A DNA stretch of 40,002 nt from assembly GCA_039800365.1 (NCBI GenBank), contig JBDLQW010000152.1, positions 1 to 40,002 on the forward strand, written 5' to 3'. Made by a program: the position numbers and the translations under genes. Below are positions 38,790-40,002 of this stretch, in pieces. Numbering within the stretch: position 1 is the first letter of the stretch; each line of letters starts with the position of its first letter. The notes under the pieces were generated by a model. That model had not been told where the DNA came from. It made no database searches and worked only from the letters and a program-made list of their open reading frames with translations. Origin of the DNA: Pseudomonadota bacterium (GTDB lineage Bacteria > Bdellovibrionota > UBA1018).

Positions 38790-39099
38790 TGATCAGCGCA
38801 CTGACTACGCGACAGATATCCCCTTTTTCTATTTTTTTTGAGCTGCAGCCCCAGCAGTGAATTCACTGCTCTGTCTTGCTGGTCGAAATCCGAGCAGTGT
38901 CAGGGTGCCCGCAAAAGGCTACTTTCGGTCGCTTTTTCGGTAGGCGACTTTTCCCGGTAAATTGGCTTTGGATATCCGTGGCCGGAGTTTGGATTAAACT
39001 GGTCCCCGGAATTATGATTCCGCCAAAATAGACTGAAATTCGGACATTGACTCGCTGCTCAGACGAGCTGAGGGCCGATTTTCTGAAAAAATCAGCAAA

Positions 39100-39398
39100 T
39101 CATAAAGGGCGGGCCCAGTTTATGACATTCAGATCAAGCTCAAGTCGCTCTGCCAGATCCAGGAGCTTATCCACTGTGTAGAGATCAATTCATTGATCCG
39201 CGCTGGATCCACCTTGAGCTTTCGAGCAAGCTGAGCCTGCGTCATTTTGTGTTTGAGGAGGTAGTCTACGAACTTCTCACAAATCTCATATTTAAGACGA
39301 TCCGCCCTCGATGCGTTCTTCGGGAGCATCCTGGATGGCTCGGCCTTTTCCAGCCTTGTACGAATGGACTTCAGTTCTTTTTCACTCGGAAATCCCAT
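39100..39398 (-). pseudogene. XRE-type antitoxin/regulator, frameshifted near 39189
   Basis: MTQAQLARKLKVDPARINE continues in another frame as IDLYTVDKLLDLAERLELDL to the stop at 39100. AGGAGG RBS. Confidence 0.75.
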
Positions 39399-39400
39399 GG

Positions 39401-39704
39401 CTACCTCCTTTTTCTGCGGCGATCACGATAGGCGTTCACCACACCGATATAAATCGCTGCCTTTTCAAGCAGCCAAATCAGCCGATACTGCTTGGAGTCA
39501 TGTTCGACCAAAGTCGCAAAGTAGGAGTAAGGCCCCTTTTGGGCCTCTGGAAGCTCCCTGCGTCCGTCCAGCTTTGCCACCAGGGCCAGAATCAATGTGT
39601 CGTCCATCGACTGGCCATGGCGCTGCTCGTAGTGCGGGTCAATCACCACCTGAACGATCCTCTGATTGTTCACAGTAATGGGCCGGAGCGTAGACGCGCC
39701 TCAT
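39401..39704 (-). pseudogene. Putative small toxin-like protein, apparently frameshifted at the N-terminus
   Basis: ATG 39704 gives MRRVY; the main frame reads LRPITVNNQRIVQVVIDPHYE...KQYRLIWLLE...IGVVNAYR. Directly upstream of the XRE gene. Confidence 0.55.
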
Positions 39705-39730
39705 TCCATCAGTCACAGATACAGACTGCG

Positions 39731-39756
39731 AAGTATTGCGAGATTACGCAATACTT
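39731..39756. promoter_or_regulatory. Perfect palindromic operator upstream of the toxin/XRE pair
   Basis: AAGTATTGCG-AGATTA-CGCAATACTT with 10-bp arms. Confidence 0.75.
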
Positions 39757-39842
39757 GCTCCCAAACCCTTGGGCCAGAAGCTGCTCGCTGCGCATGAATT
39801 GCTCTGGCAACCGGCTTAACTGCACTTCACGCGCATGAAGTG

Positions 39843-39877
39843 AAAAACCCCGAAGCACCTTGAGGTGTCCCGGGGTT
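39843..39877 (-). terminator. Terminator-like stem-loop
   Basis: AACCCCG..GCACC-TTGA-GGTGT..CGGGGTT with a U-tract on the minus strand. A second hairpin CACTTCA/TGAAGTG lies at 39823-39842. Confidence 0.5.
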
Positions 39878-40002
39878 CTCAGAAAAGGAGGAGACGGCAA
39901 CGGAAAAATGATTTCGAGCGCTTAGCGAAAAAGTCTTCCTATGAGGGGGCAATGCCCTGCGCTGGATATCTGGCTTGATTTAAAGTGAAAAATGACTTTT
40001 TC

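Overview
About 40 kb of bacterial chromosome, most likely Bdellovibrionota/Oligoflexia-like. That assignment is inferred from gene content (TIGR04552-like gene, Flp pilins, CHASE2 cyclase, DUF4105, sphingolipid-type desaturase). Bases 1-35.9 kb are dense core genome: a RelA/SpoT-fold TIGR04552-like gene coupled to an unusual flavin/Fe-S oxidoreductase pair, an XRE regulator plus hydrolase, the carB-Zn-finger-greA-recG run, sugar-nucleotide and glycosyltransferase genes, a Flp/TadE pilin cluster, SPOR-cupin-manC, a CHASE2 adenylate cyclase with a cNMP-binding partner, a response regulator and histidine kinase, TerC, tRNA-Lys(UUU), purA, a DES1-like desaturase, DUF4105, a GAF-sigma54 activator and serC. 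Bases 35.9-40 kb look like a decaying accessory island: a BspA-type LRR surface gene with an orphan 3' copy (64-nt perfect repeat), a broken serine-recombinase tail absent from the ORF track, an AAA-DUF4143 gene and a doubly frameshifted toxin/XRE pair with a perfect operator. Manual reading also found two sigma54 promoters, a hidden overlapping pilin gene and a recurring pattern of apparently leaderless promoters. All family calls come from motif recognition only; no searches were run.
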